A stretch of DNA of 64,000 bases from Lepidodermella squamata (Eukaryota > Animalia > Gastrotricha): the NCBI GenBank assembly GCA_047495785.1, contig JBLDXI010000010.1, positions 1,860,001 to 1,924,000 of the forward strand. Reading direction: 5' to 3'. Below the pieces are notes generated by a model, which had not been told where the DNA came from, searched no databases, and saw only the letters and a program-made list of their open reading frames with translations. The translations under genes were made by a program, and so were the position numbers. Positions 34,377-47,514 of this stretch are shown here, one piece after another. Numbering within the stretch: position 1 is the first letter of the stretch; every line of letters begins with the position of its first letter.

Positions 34377-37059
34377 AGAGAAGCAATTATGTATTTTTAC
34401 ATAGCGCAGCCTGTTTTTCCTACAAAGGTGGGATTTATTTTACGCAAATTTTTGTTAATCAAGTCGCTGTTAATTCTTAAAAATAATTTTATCTCATCAA
34501 AATAGTTATCGGAAAAATAAAATAAGAGTAACGCGACCTTGACTAGCCGTTGCCATGGTAACGGGCGACGCCGCCGTAAAAATTTCTCGTGTTCGAGGTT
34601 CAACCAGCAACCCAAGGTCTGAACTCGGGTTTTGATGCATTTTAATGCCGATTTTTCTTGGCAGCAGTCGGAGATGTGCTTATTCTACCTGCTTGTCACT
34701 TCAAACCAGGTTACTGAGGGTTCTAAAATGGAACTAACAGGTTCCAGCGATCAAGACACTCTGAAAATTGAATGAAATGCACACAAGTAGGGTTTCATGC
34801 AAGAATTTCCCCAAGGCTTCATAGATCAAAATCGAAGCTTTCTAAAGGTATTTGAGTGAAATTATGAAACTTTTATTGATTCGTCATAGTTATATGCAGT
34901 TCGAGCTAAAAATGATTGCAATCAATCGAGAGTTACGAAGAGAGAGTGCGAGATGAGTAACGAAGCAACGAACAATCACTTTGGAAGTTCGATAAAGTTT
35001 GAGAAACTTTCGGCGGACGTGCAGTATCACTGTGATGTAACAAGACGAGCGATTACGCTCTGGTGGATTTGACAAAATGCAGGCCTTTAAAGCTGGGCGA
35101 ATCGAGTTCGATCCACTTTCAGCAGATAGCTCTGGGTGACATCGGGACATCCTTGATTGACGGGATTTTGGCTGAAGTTGAATCGACCGATTTTCGGCTT
35201 GCAAGAGGAAATTGCCAATGGAGAAGTGAATTGATTCCTATTAACAGAGGAATATTAGAATTTCAAATTATTTGAGTAAAAGCTAAAATAAGACCTTACA
35301 AAATTTAGTAGCTTGAGATAATTATGTACCCAACTAAAAGCAGACAATTCATAATCTTCCTGGTCTGAATGATGCAGCTATTGAACATTGAACATGATTT
35401 ATAGGTAAAATCCGAGCGGCCGTAATTACTGTTGAAGAACGACGCAAAAATATGAGCGAAACGCCGCGTTTGAAATGGAAAAATCGGCAATTTTTTAAGA
35501 GAAAATTTTAATTAGCGTCTAAATGTATAGGTAGCGAAATGACATAAAAGTTAGAAGCGCCAAGATCTATTAAAATCGACGATCGAGGAGAATTTCATAG
35601 AACGCAAAAAAATCAGTTTTAGCATGAGCTTTCCTGAAATACTTGCCAAAATCGAAACGGATACAGGTTGGCGGAAATGTTCAGCTTCAACTTCTTTTAC
35701 ATGGTCCAGATAGTAATATTGTCACGCTTGGCTGATTTAGCATTCGAATTTAAATCAATCATTTAAAGGAATGATTTAAAGGAATCTCTGCCGTAAAATA
35801 CTTACTCACCTAATAATCAGGTATGATTCTAACTCTTAAATAAAACTATCAGGAATAACAAGGTGTTGTTGCCGTGTTTTTAATGAAATTAGGAATAAAA
35901 TCATAAGGGTGAAAAATTAGCAAAAATGACAGGCTTGTTAGAAGTTGGAAGCTTGATAATTCCAATTCCGATCGCCAGCAAATAAAATAAGCAACGTAAG
36001 GATGGATATTCGCGACTGAGTTTTCACGAATCATCACCAAATTAATCCAAGAAAAATTTGAAAAAATCTAATCCAAGCTGAAGTCACCTTAATTGAATTT
36101 TTTTAGGGCCAGATATTCTTAGGTATCAATTTTTAATTGATAAAAAATTTGGAAAATAATAGAGAACAGTGAATTCTTTTCATAATCGCATAGCATTAAA
36201 TTTCTCGATAGAAATCCAACCGAAAAAATTACTGCTAACTTTTACCTTTCACATGGCTGCTTGAACTGGAAATTTCTCTCGTCCAGGATATGCCTTGATG
36301 TCCAAGAAGTTCTTTCCAGCCTGCGACGTCTCAGTGACAACGGAAGGCTCAAATTCGACTTGCAACAGCAACTCCGTCACGGTTGAGTGATTGCGGGGTG
36401 TCTGATAATCTGATAATTGAAATCAAGTCGCAGGAACATATTTCGAATCAACGTTCGGCCTCATTTCGACTCTGATTCCAAAATTTTCACCAGGTAGTAT
36501 CGGGTTTCAGCGGCCAGGGTTGCCTGGGATAGAAATATAATGAAATTAATATAATTTTGGAAATTTATCAATTTTTTCTCACAATGAACTGTTCTTATAT
36601 TATTATTCAAAGCTCGAAGCCTCCACGTCACGCCTGAATGAATCTACCGAATGAAAATACCTATGAGCCAAATTGAGCTGAAATTTGAATAAAACTTGAA
36701 ACCCAGGCGATCGACGCTACTCAGGGGCGGAAATGATGCGTTGCAGAGAGGGACATAAATGCTGAAAATAGCCGAAACGAAGTTGAATGATTCAAGTAAA
36801 TTTAAGGAAGCTGATAACACGCAACTCAAGCATATTATCATGGGCTAAAATATCGAATGTCGAAAATTGCCTTAAACATGAACTAAATGAACTCGCAAAG
36901 CACGCGAATCGACAATTTCCCACCCGCTTCTCAGATTAATTAATGAAATAAAAAATCGATTTGAGTAATCAAATTTGGTAGCTTACCTATCATCAGGTCG
37001 CCAGTAACAGAACCGACAGAAAGTCGAGGTTTTAGCATTTCCAAATATCAACCGGCATC

Positions 37060-38720
37060 GGCCAATCGCTGCAGCGCTAATTTGGCCACGGTTGACTGAT
37101 TTCGATTTGGAGATCGCTCTGTCTGACCGCGCCACCTTCACGGTTGCGATGCAGGAAAATGGTAGTTTTTCTGAGAGAAATCCGCGTTTCGGGCCTTGGC
37201 ATATACCGATAATTTTCGGGTCATCGCCGTGTCGAGTCTGACGTAATTTGATTGAGCGAAACTGAAGAGCGCCACTGCCTTGCCGAATTGAAGTGAGAAC
37301 GATTACTCAAACAGATTGGTTTGTCCGAAATTTTTCTAGGCTGAATGCTTTTGGAGAATTCGCTGGATTCAGTCTCACCGAGTTAAGGTTTTGGTTGCTG
37401 TTGATTAGACGGTCATCTTCCTGTTTCCTGGCCATAAATGGTACAACAGGCAGTCGAGTCCAATGCCTCAAATTTCCAAAATTTTCGAATTTGAAGGCGA
37501 ATTGTTGGCCAGGCTCTCCCCGAGTCAAACGCCGGCCATGGAAAGCTCATGCCTTGATCAAGCGTATTTTATCTATAAAGATAGCGTAAAAATTTGAAAA
37601 TAATAAAATAACAGGCGTTATTATTAGACATTATTAGAATTAGAATATTGAAAAGAACGGGAAAAATGTCTACGAAAAAATAAGCGTCAACAAATTTACT
37701 GGTGCTTTGCGTTTGAAGCTGATATTTTTAAATATTATTTTTAAGTTGTTTTTTCCTGAAAATTACGATAGAATCAGTCTTTATTTTCGGGAATTTTTCA
37801 AAAACAGTTTATAAATTTGAGGAAAGGCTCGAGGGCTCTACGTCACGCCTGAATGAATCTAAGGTTTTTAAATAATGAACGTAAAATTTAGGGAAGCTCA
37901 AGAGTGGGAGATATGACGACAGCTAAAAAATTCAAAAATTCATGTACACTAATAGATGTGGTCCTTCTTTTAGCGGAACCAAATTTTGGAATTTTCTAGT
38001 GGCCTGAAATCGCCTTTCGGATATTTCTTGCGGGTCAGGATTGGCCAAAATAACTTTAGAAAAATCCCCAGTAAATTCAGCGTAACATTCTCTACAAGGC
38101 AGAGTGTTCAATTCAGCTTCGCCTAAAATTCGTAGAATTATTCAAAAAATGACTCTTGACATATTTCGACTTATTTCGACATATTTAGTTCCGATACAGC
38201 AAATTTGGTTCCGTTAAACGATATTCTGTAATAGATGATTCAAGGCCCGTTTCCCAATCATTTTGAAGAACAATATTCGGAAAAATAATAGAAAGAAATA
38301 GGTCACCTGCCATCAGATCACTAGCACCAAACTGGGTCCATCGAAACTTGAGGCTGAGCCTGGTTCCAGCCCAATGCTTCCCCAAGAAGGTAGGAGACGA
38401 GTACAACAACAACGCCACCAACTGCGACACTGATTTAGTAACAATTGGCTGAAATTGATGGCAATCTCACTGACCGCGCTTCGTTCGCGGTAAAATTGCG
38501 GGGCTTTTCGGGTTATCGCTGTGTTGAGTCTGATGACGATTTGACTGAACGAAGCTCGAGAGCTACAATGCCTTGCCGGGCAACCGAAGAGAACGATTAC
38601 CGAAACAATATTCGATTTCTACGAAATTTTCACGGTTGAATGATTACAGCGAATTCGCTTGATTCAGTCTTACCGAGATGAGATCGCGTTGCTATGAATT
38701 GGATGAATTGGCCGTCTTGG
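37060..38720. repeat. Diverged direct duplication (~37120-37400 vs ~38450-38690), possibly decayed exons
   Basis: Shared blocks CTGACCGCG, GAGTCTGA..ATTTGA, TGCCTTGCCG, GAGAACGATTAC, GAATTCGCT.GATTCAGTCT.ACCGAG; also CT.CACGTCACGCCTGAATGAATCTA at ~36621 and ~37836. Confidence 0.55.
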
Positions 38721-39416
38721 ATTAGGTAATAATCAGTACATCACTGTCGAGTTTGATGGCACTAAACGATCACATTTTCCGCGGCACGGTCGACTCATTC
38801 CAGGCACGGTCGTTCCAGGTTTTTCATTTTCAAAAATTCGGTCTTGAAATTTATGGTCAAGACGGAAAATAGGCTATTTGCGAAGCAGCGTCTTCCGCAA
38901 TAACTGCTCGGCTTGATAATAACGGCAGCTAAATAATTAAGCTAAAAAGTATTAAAAAAATTCTAAAAATTTGTGAAACGGATTGTGTATTTTTAACCCT
39001 ATTTAACGCCAAATATCTTTGTGTAATATCACTTGAAATATCCCGATACTGTATTTAGTCGCAAGCAAATTCCATTCTTTTGGAAATCGTAATAATCGAC
39101 AATAGTGCCATCGATTTTAATAACATGTGGAGGTAAATTGGCCGAAAGTGACCAGAAAAAATAATAATATTATCAAAATTATATAAAAATAAATAAATAA
39201 AAAATTATAAAAATTGTCATGTCTCATTTTTGACGACGATCGACGTGAAGACGAGATTCGGTGTTCACCCATTTTTTGCCTATAAATTTTATGGCTTTTC
39301 CCTTTTCCCTTTCATTTTTCTGTTAACCGCAATTCGAAATTAAAGCGGTATTATTTTTTACGAGAAAAAATGGCGATAATCCGCGCACAAAGTTAGGTCG
39401 ACATGCACGAAATCCA

Positions 39417-39978
39417 GAGGTGCGTTTTTTATTAAAACCGTGGTGCTATTGTTCAGCGCTGTGATCAATGTTTCGGTGAGATTCGTAACAGAGAAATCAC
39501 AATCGGCACGTCTATCATAAACTGACCGGCTCGAATTGCGGTCAAGGTCGGTCAGAAAAGGCAAATCCCCGCGCGGATTAAGAACATTTGGCCGCGGCTA
39601 AATCGTGACATGGCTGTAATTAATTTACGACCATGCAACATGTGACCCTCGTTAATATCTGACCACATGTCTTAAAAAGAGCTAATTTCATCAAAACTAC
39701 GCAGAAAAGGTTTTTTATTTTCTCCGCAATTATTGAACATGAAATCGATTTTAAAGAAATCGATCAATTTGGTAAAATTTATGAAAATCCAAAGCGTTTT
39801 AGGCGATTTCTGACCATTATTTTGAATCCAAGCGTGCCGACAAGTTCGAATTTCTTAATTTTCAATTTTTGAGTTTTTGATTGGGTTTGAAAAGCTTTAA
39901 CTTTCCGTGTGTGTCATCTGGTGTTAATAGATGTAATTAGTCTTCAGCACACCACGGTTTTAATAAAAAACGCACCTC
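39417..39978. mobile_element. MITE with 27-bp TIRs
   Basis: GAGGTGCGTTTTTTATTAAAACCGTGG ... CCACGGTTTTAATAAAAAACGCACCTC; TSD not evident. Confidence 0.7.
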
Positions 39979-42900
39979 AGTCGAAAAAGGAGTCTCGTTT
40001 TTTCATTGTGAGTGAAGCACATTACGTAACACTACTGGCGGAGGAGTATTTTTTCATTGTGAAACCGAACCCCCTCCGAACCCCCTCCAGCTTCTCGCAT
40101 GTTTAGTACTAGCGTGATTCACTCTGATGGATTAGCGAGCTCAAAGCGACTTTTTTGAACTACACTAAAAATTCCAATTTCGAGGTTTCGACCCACATTT
40201 TGGAATTTTTTGGCTAAGGTTCGGAATTCTTGAATAAACTTCACTAACTACTACTATTGATGATGCTCACTCGCGCTGTCATGTTTTTTTCTTGAAAAAC
40301 CGTCAATTTCAAGACTTTTTTGACTTTGAAATCTCATTCAAAAAAGACATGTTGTTGACAATTTGTTGGTCATTCTTACTAGTAGACGACTTGCCAAAGT
40401 AAAAAGACGTCTTAATATCAAATTTGGGATTTATGGCTCGAAGGAAAGTGATAATTTAGGATAATTCTTTTTGTAGACAGCCTATTTTTATAAAGGCATT
40501 AAACTTACTTAGTCATCAATTTTGCGCCCAATAGTTGCATGAAATCGTAGCCGTAAAGAAGTAATAACTGATAACGTCATGAAACTATTAAAATAGATGT
40601 GCTTCCAATAGAAAAGTTTTTGATTTTATGAAACTCGCACTTTAATTTTATGGTCATAAGAGGCAAATAGAAATGATGCTAAATTATAGAAAAACCGCCG
40701 CCCATGAAGCTAAATTCATTGCTTCAGGCTTCAGCGGAGATTTCAAGGTCGCAGCGGTAGAAAAATCGAAAAAGTAGCCAAAAGCAGTTAATTACTTACC
40801 TAAGAAAAATTATAAGCATCCAAAAGCGAAAAATTCGTAACCCGCAATCACGAAATCGAAGGTTTGTAAATAATCCGATTGCGCAACAATGGTCGGAAGG
40901 ATTAACTCGTCGCAGTACGAGCAAATAATTCTGCCAAATCAAATTATCAATATTTATACCCAGTCCTTAGCAGGTAATAGAATATCATGGGGAAGTTTCT
41001 TAGGCTGAAACATTTCGTCAGTGTCTGCCGCTTTATTTTATTACGTTCAATTATAGAAAAAGCCGCGTGACCTCAACGCGCGGAAAAGCCATCATTATCA
41101 TCGCGCTGCACTTTCATCGCTGCGGCCCCTTTTGAGTTTAATTTCTGGTGTTAATTTTAAATGTCTCGCCTTGCTTGATGGGTCATTGTTTTCATTAAAA
41201 TAATATTTCATCTTGAAAAACGGCATTTTCTTGGCGTGATGATTTGCCAAAATTCAAAAAATCAGAAAGTGTTGTAAAATTTCTAAAAATGTAATCTGAT
41301 AATTTTACCTCAATACAAACCTATAGCTTCGAATCATGACGATTTTAAGGTAATTTAACAGCTGGGAATCCAAAACGCGAGCTTGCCGAAAGCCGAATTT
41401 TTTGAGCGAAAGTGGAACGAAAATTGTCTGAAAAATCGGTTAAATTCGAGCCTAATTTTAGAAATTCAGAAATTTTTTATTTCTTTCGCTTGTGGGTTTG
41501 TGGTAACTATTTTTATAACCTGGCTCTTAAATATCACCAACGCTATGGTAAAATCAAACTGTTCAGTTCTGTCAGCCTTCGCGATACATATTCTGGGCAT
41601 TATTTTCCACAAATATAGGCATTAGCAGCTGTCGAATTTCCAATTCTTTTTCACTAAAAATTTTCATTCAAATTCGATCCAAAATTAAATGCGTGCATAA
41701 TGTTCAACCTTCAAGCGTTTACGCCAGGAACTATTAGGCCGGACTGGGTATTTTCTGATTTTTTATTAAATTTATTTTTTATCAGGTGATTTTTTTCTCA
41801 ATTTTTATTTCTCAATTTTTTTCGTGCGTGTTCTTCATTGTGCGAACTTTTAGTTGTTGCGCACTTATTTTCACGTAACAATCCAAGCGTCACAATTGTC
41901 TTACTGCCACATGCCACATGCCGTTCATCCTTCATTTGATTATTTTTCTGATTTTAGAATTTTTCATTTTTCGCTTTTTGATCACGGAACTTTCTGATGC
42001 ATGGCTGTTCATTCGCAGGCCAAGTTTCGAGTTTGCGGCCGTTTAGCCACACCGTTAGCCAAGTTATGTTACGGTAATGCTGTTGAGCAATCAAAGCTGA
42101 CCTCAGCTTTTTTGCCAAGGTAAATTTCTCAAATTTTGTAATTTATATCGCTTATGAGGAATTTTATTGTTTGCCATCGTGAACATATCTATCTTAAATT
42201 ACTTGCTCGTGCCTAGGCCCTAGGAAACTCCTACCGCACAAGAGCCAAATTTTTAATCTGGTATTCCCCCTGTTCCGAGCTTTAATGTTCCGGCGCCTTT
42301 GAAAAATTGAAATTTAATTTATTAGTATCATTGTTCAGATTGGATAGCAGCTGATCGACTGGTCGAGCTTTGACCGATGAGTGTGACGACACAGCTTACT
42401 GGCTTCCGATATCAATAGTCTACTCAACTCATTACTCGGTAATTTATCTGATTTTTTACTTATTTTTCCAGAAATTTCCTGAATTTGTCCAATTGCCTTG
42501 ATCCTCGATGTCATTGAAAATTTCAAAATTTCAAAAAATTAAATTTTAAATCTTATATTTGTCTGATATAGCACGAGTAAAGAGTCTATATCTGAGCGGA
42601 GCCGGCCGAGATTTACGAATCGGAACCAGTCGCAGACGAGTGGAGATGAGTAAATCGAGTGCGGCGAGTTCAGATATAGACAATTTACGAGTGCTGTATC
42701 AAAAAATTTCAAAATATTTAATTTCAAAATTTTAAATTTTAAACAATCTTTTAAATTTTAAAATTTCAAAAATTAATTTATAAATCTTTAATTTTAAATT
42801 TTTAAATTACACGCGTTTCCATTTTTTTCAATTTCTGATTTTATTTCAGCTCTCGTTCCTGCATGCTATCGAACCAACGCCATGCTATGGAAGATCCGAT

Positions 42901-43298
42901 TGAGGTGTGTGCGATGAAAAACCGAGCAATAATTTCCAGCCAGTGTTAAATTTCGTTACGGCCGTCATGTCGATATACCCAAGATTTTCTAATTATTCTA
43001 TAATTTGTGATCATAATATCTTCTGTTACTTGAATTCGCCTTAGGTCTATTGATTCCATAATTTTAGCCATTATTGAAGATGCCACAGATCATGCACTGA
43101 GAGCTGCGGTTATACGGCTTTGAAAAATAAAAAATTGGAACCCAGCTCTCAGCAATTTGAGGCTCCAGTACTGAATTCAAGCATTGCGTACTCCGTGAAT
43201 CCCAGGCAAACATAATGTTGGGAACTGTGTTGCTGGAGCCTCAATTGTACCGTGTACGAGTATCGGCAGAAAGTGCAATTGGATATCATACCTGAATA

Positions 43299-43450
43299 CA
43301 GGGTGGCCAAAAAATTCTGTGAAGGCGAATTCGATGCGCATCAATTTAATGAGTTATAAGAAGTTGAATAAGAAGTTTTGCCAAAGGAACTCAATTTCTT
43401 GAATAATGCGCATCGAATTCACCTTCTGCGGAATTTTTAGGCCACACTAC
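43299..43450. mobile_element. Degenerate Tc1-like palindromic MITE
   Basis: TA|CAGGGTGGCCAAAAAATTC..GAAGGCGAATTCGATGCGCAT ... ATGCGCATCGAATTCACCTTC..GAATTTTTAGGCCAC. Confidence 0.6.
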
Positions 43451-44861
43451 TGTTGGGCTCAAATCGGCACTAGGGTGTCTAATTTGTCTAATTCTTCAAA
43501 ACCTTTGAAAAGCTGCTCACACTGACTGTAATACGTCTCTGCTTATGGGCGGCCAAAATTACGCACTTTTTAGCCACCTTGTACTTGTCTGAATTCAATG
43601 CGACACGCTCTAGTGAATTCGAATTCTGCACAGTAATCAATTTCTGCGTGATTCATTACGAATGCCCTCTTTTTTCTGAACCGAATGCGACGTTATTATC
43701 TCTTTGTTTAAATTACTTCCGATACAATTTTTGGAATTTTGCCTGAAATTAAAAATAACAATTCAGCGATAACCTGTGAGTTGGTGATGTTCACATTTAC
43801 GTTATATTCACGCGTGAGTGGTTTAATCATGTATGACTTTTTGCGCGCTCTTCGTTCCAATTTAATACGGCCGTGTCACCTTTTCCTACCTTTTCCTACA
43901 AATGTCTCGTTGTGCAGAAAATAATGCAGAATTTTTTAATCATTGAAGTTGTGGAATGCGCTACTAATTAACCGTTATCTTATTCACATTCCCGAATCTC
44001 TCAGATACTTGCGAAAATTATGCCTCGAGATTCCCAACCATGGCTATAATTTTTCTCGTCTTGGAAAAAATTAAAAAAAATACCTATGGAAAAATCCTAT
44101 ACCTATCCACTTATTTCTGACTCGACAAATTTTCGAAATTTGTGTTAAATTATTCAAATAGTTCTTCCAAATAATAAATTCTTGTTTCTATTTTGTGTTA
44201 TTCTTTATTCTGATCTCGCCGGCCGTAAAAATTCTCTACCCCTATCAATTGTTTTCAATCAGCTTTCTTTTCGCCAAAACTTTCACCTCGGAAATCTCGT
44301 TTTCAGCTCGTTTTCAAAGCTTACTGAATATTAATATCTCGTGGGAAGTATGCGGTTTCAAATAATCCTGGCTGCAAAAATGTGTCAATATGTTATTACT
44401 TCAATCTTCAATTACCTTCTTATTTTCACTGCGATGGCCGCGATAGCCGGCCGAAATAAAATAAAAATGCTGATCAATCAGTGGCGTCATTTTTTCGAAC
44501 TGTGACCTATTAAGGTTACCGTATCCGGATGCAGCAGGTACTAACAGGCTCCAAATCACCTTGAAACACCTTGACATTGATCAATTCGTCGAGAATTGCG
44601 GAGAAAACTTCCATTCTTACACTACAGCCACATGACGTTCTGATGACTCAATGATGATTCATCGTTAATCCAAAGGAAAAACCGGCTGCGCTATGTACGC
44701 GAAATTTACGTCCTGTTAGAAAAGATGATATCCAATTATATAAACATTCATTAATATTGAAAGATTTTAATGTTCCGATAAAGACCCGAACTGGGTAAAT
44801 CTTTAACAAAAAGGAGAGCGATATTCTGTTGACAGTTTTATTTGAAAGTGACGTTTCGGTA

Positions 44862-45192
44862 CTAGCTCGTACCTTTAGAAAGTTTTAGGTGGCCTTTAGA
44901 AAGTTTTTTGCAAGCGTAATAGCAGTCAAAATAGGAATTATGAGAGTAAGCTTTCGCCATGTTTTCATCACAACCCGCGACCTGCATATCGCATTGCTTC
45001 GTCTCGGCATTGAAAACGTGATACGGCCCGCCAACAAACTTGATATTACAAAAACCAGCCATTGCAGGGTAGTAGTCACAAAGGCCCAATATTCACCGGG
45101 GAGCTATCACCATCGACGGAATCACCCATTGGCCTAGAATATGCGATAGCGATGAGAAAACTCGCCACGAAAAATGAACATCGGCAACTCAT
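44862..45192 (-). pseudogene. Single-domain atypical Kunitz-like gene with a frameshift
   Basis: ATG at 45192 gives the signal-like MSCRCSFFVASFLIAIAYS..., out of frame by 1 nt near 45090 with CDYYPAMAGFC...GPYHVFNAETKQC...GC...DCYYAC, which is homologous to domain 2 of 62156..62683. Confidence 0.65.
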
Positions 45193-45376
45193 ATTTCTCA
45201 AAAAAGGAATCAACCGGTGTAGAATATACTATTCGCGTTAAATTCTGTGCTACAACATCTATGATCTCAGCTGTTGCTTTGCATAATTACCAAAACAAGA
45301 CAACCTTTATTCATTAACGGAGATATTTCTCGGAAATAAATTCATGAAAAAAAATGTTTCAATCAGATACGAAAAA

Positions 45377-46309
45377 TTAAGAATTTCTTTTATGGACAGA
45401 ATTTTCGTGCTTCCGCAGACACGCAGCTTGTCGAAACTTTTTGTCGCACATTGAGCATTGAAAGCGAAAAACGCCGTCGTGGACGTAATTATGCATAGTC
45501 AAACTGAAAATACGTTGGGAAAATTTTAAAAATAACCCAGCTGCAACGGTACTAAACCTGAATTTTCGTGCGAATTTCTTGCCGCAAGTTTGACATTGAT
45601 AAGGCTTGCAATTCGGGTCATGCGTCCTGATATGATCATTGCGGTGAGTTTCTTGGGTAAATGCCGCCTCGCATAACGGGCACTTGAACGGCCTCTCCCC
45701 GGTATGAATCCTACGATGCTTAACCAAAGCCCTTCTTCGGCCGAATTGCTTTGAACAAAAATCGCAGATATGCATCCTACCAGAGCTTGCTGGCTTAAGA
45801 ATCGCTGGCTTTGTCAAATTCTCCGGCTCTTTGCTAGAATCCGTATCAGGTTTCATAGAATCTTCATCCTTATCCTCGGAATTCGATCCAGAGGAGATTG
45901 GGGAGTTCGAAATTGCGGTGTTGTCGTTGATTTGTGGACCTGATTCGGCTAACGTGTTTAAAGTGAGGTAGAATCGATTTTCAGCAGATATCACAGAAGA
46001 CGAGAGCTTGATAACGCCCTTAACGACCAACATCCCAGGCGTTGCTTCGTCCTTATTCTCCGGCATAAGGAAGCCGCAAACCTTCCCAGATTCTGAACCA
46101 TCGACAATTGCGATAACTGAAGCTGAAGGTAGCACTAAGGGTGTGTCGGAAGGTTTTGCTGGGGCGTCTTCGGGATCTTGTTTAATCGAAGAGAGATTTA
46201 GACTGATTCCGTGAGCTTCAGACTCGTGTTGGTCCAACTCTTCCGCGTTATTCACGACTTGCCCGCAGTAACAGCAAATGATCGGGGTTTCATCGATGAT
46301 AGGATCCAT
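45377..46309 (-). CDS. C2H2 zinc-finger protein
   Basis: One N-terminal and four C-terminal C2H2 fingers with an HTGERPF linker. Removing an in-frame 54-nt GT-AG intron (45504-45557) restores the finger CQTCGKKFARKFSLTMHNYVH. Confidence 0.88.
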   Translation of the reverse strand: MDPIIDETPIICCYCGQVVNNAEELDQHESEAHGISLNLSSIKQDPEDAPAKPSDTPLVLPSASVIAIVDGSESGKVCGFLMPENKDEATPGMLVVKGVIKLSSSVISAENRFYLTLNTLAESGPQINDNTAISNSPISSGSNSEDKDEDSMKPDTDSSKEPENLTKPAILKPASSGRMHICDFCSKQFGRRRALVKHRRIHTGERPFKCPLCEAAFTQETHRNDHIRTHDPNCKPYQCQTCGKKFARKFRFSTVAAGLFLKFSQRIFSLTMHNYVHDGVFRFQCSMCDKKFRQAACLRKHENSVHKRNS

Positions 46310-47514
46310 TGCTCACGGGCACTTGGTAACGGAAGTTGAGGGGTGTAATTATGAAGTTGGGAAAGCACCAGCTTTGTAGTATGAGGATACCCGAGGGCTG
46401 TTTGTATATATACAAGTGATAAAAACACACAAGGTCAACGTCGCACCGGTGCGTGCGGGGTACTGGTGGCTGTAGGTTAGCATAGCGGTACCACAAAACA
46501 GATAGATACCTGTAGTAGTAGTAGTAGCAACAGCAACAGGAGCCCGCGTGTTAAAAGATTGATGCTTGTGTATATACATACGCATCACTGTTGGGTACAT
46601 GTGTACAAATAACCAATGTGTTTTTGCGAACAGCCCGTGTATAGGCAGGGGCGCTCCAACGCCACCGCCACTGCCACGATTTTTCGCCTGCTGCCACCGC
46701 CAGTACGCAGGGGCAACGATAAGATTTTTAGCGGGCTCTCATTGTCAAATGGCAAGCTTACTACATATACAATACGGTGGCGTGTTTCATCTCGCTAACA
46801 TCACCTTGGCGAGGTGGTGTTTTTCGCAACTCTTCCAACCATTCATGAAAACATCTACATCTGCAAAAAATACACAGCAGTATGCGATGAAGAAACGTAT
46901 TAGCTGGGGATCTTTCGCTCAGGCTCAATTCCGGGCCCAAGTTTGGTCGTTTATTAGTTTCGACCGGCCCCCAATCGGATTGCGCAATTGGAGGGTAAAA
47001 GCGACCACTAAGACAACAATTTCGAATAGTTTCAGCGAATTTTCGGCCGCGCGTGCTTTCGGTAGTTATTAGGAAGCAAAGAAGCCAATGCCTTCGACAA
47101 ATTCTTGGTTTCTGCCACGGAACAATGTCCATTGGTGAATCAGAAGGCTGCAAATTGACTGATTCCTTGATGGCCAATTTTTACACTAAAAATTAAAACA
47201 ATGGTGATATTTAGCTGAAAGCTTTCCATGTACCCTAAGCACTCTATCCGCCCCGAAATTCCACCTGAAGAGTATATCGTAAAATGGAAACATAGAAGTT
47301 ACTATTTGCAATTAATTGAAAGCAAAATATATTTATTTTCTAGAGTGTGACTCTTCATTATAACGAAATCGAAAGGTGAAGAAACTAAGTACGACATAGG
47401 AGCCTTTCCTTGCAGTTGACGCGAGTAAGGTGTAGAAAATGAGTGATATGTCATTTGAAAGTCGAAATACTAAGAGAAAGCTAAAACTAGAAGGAACTAA
47501 ACAGCGAGAATTGT

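Noticed and set aside
46349-47177. ORFs of 83-168 aa upstream of the zinc-finger gene
   Set aside because: No domain signal, mostly non-ATG starts, and they overlap simple repeats and probable TE or promoter sequence.
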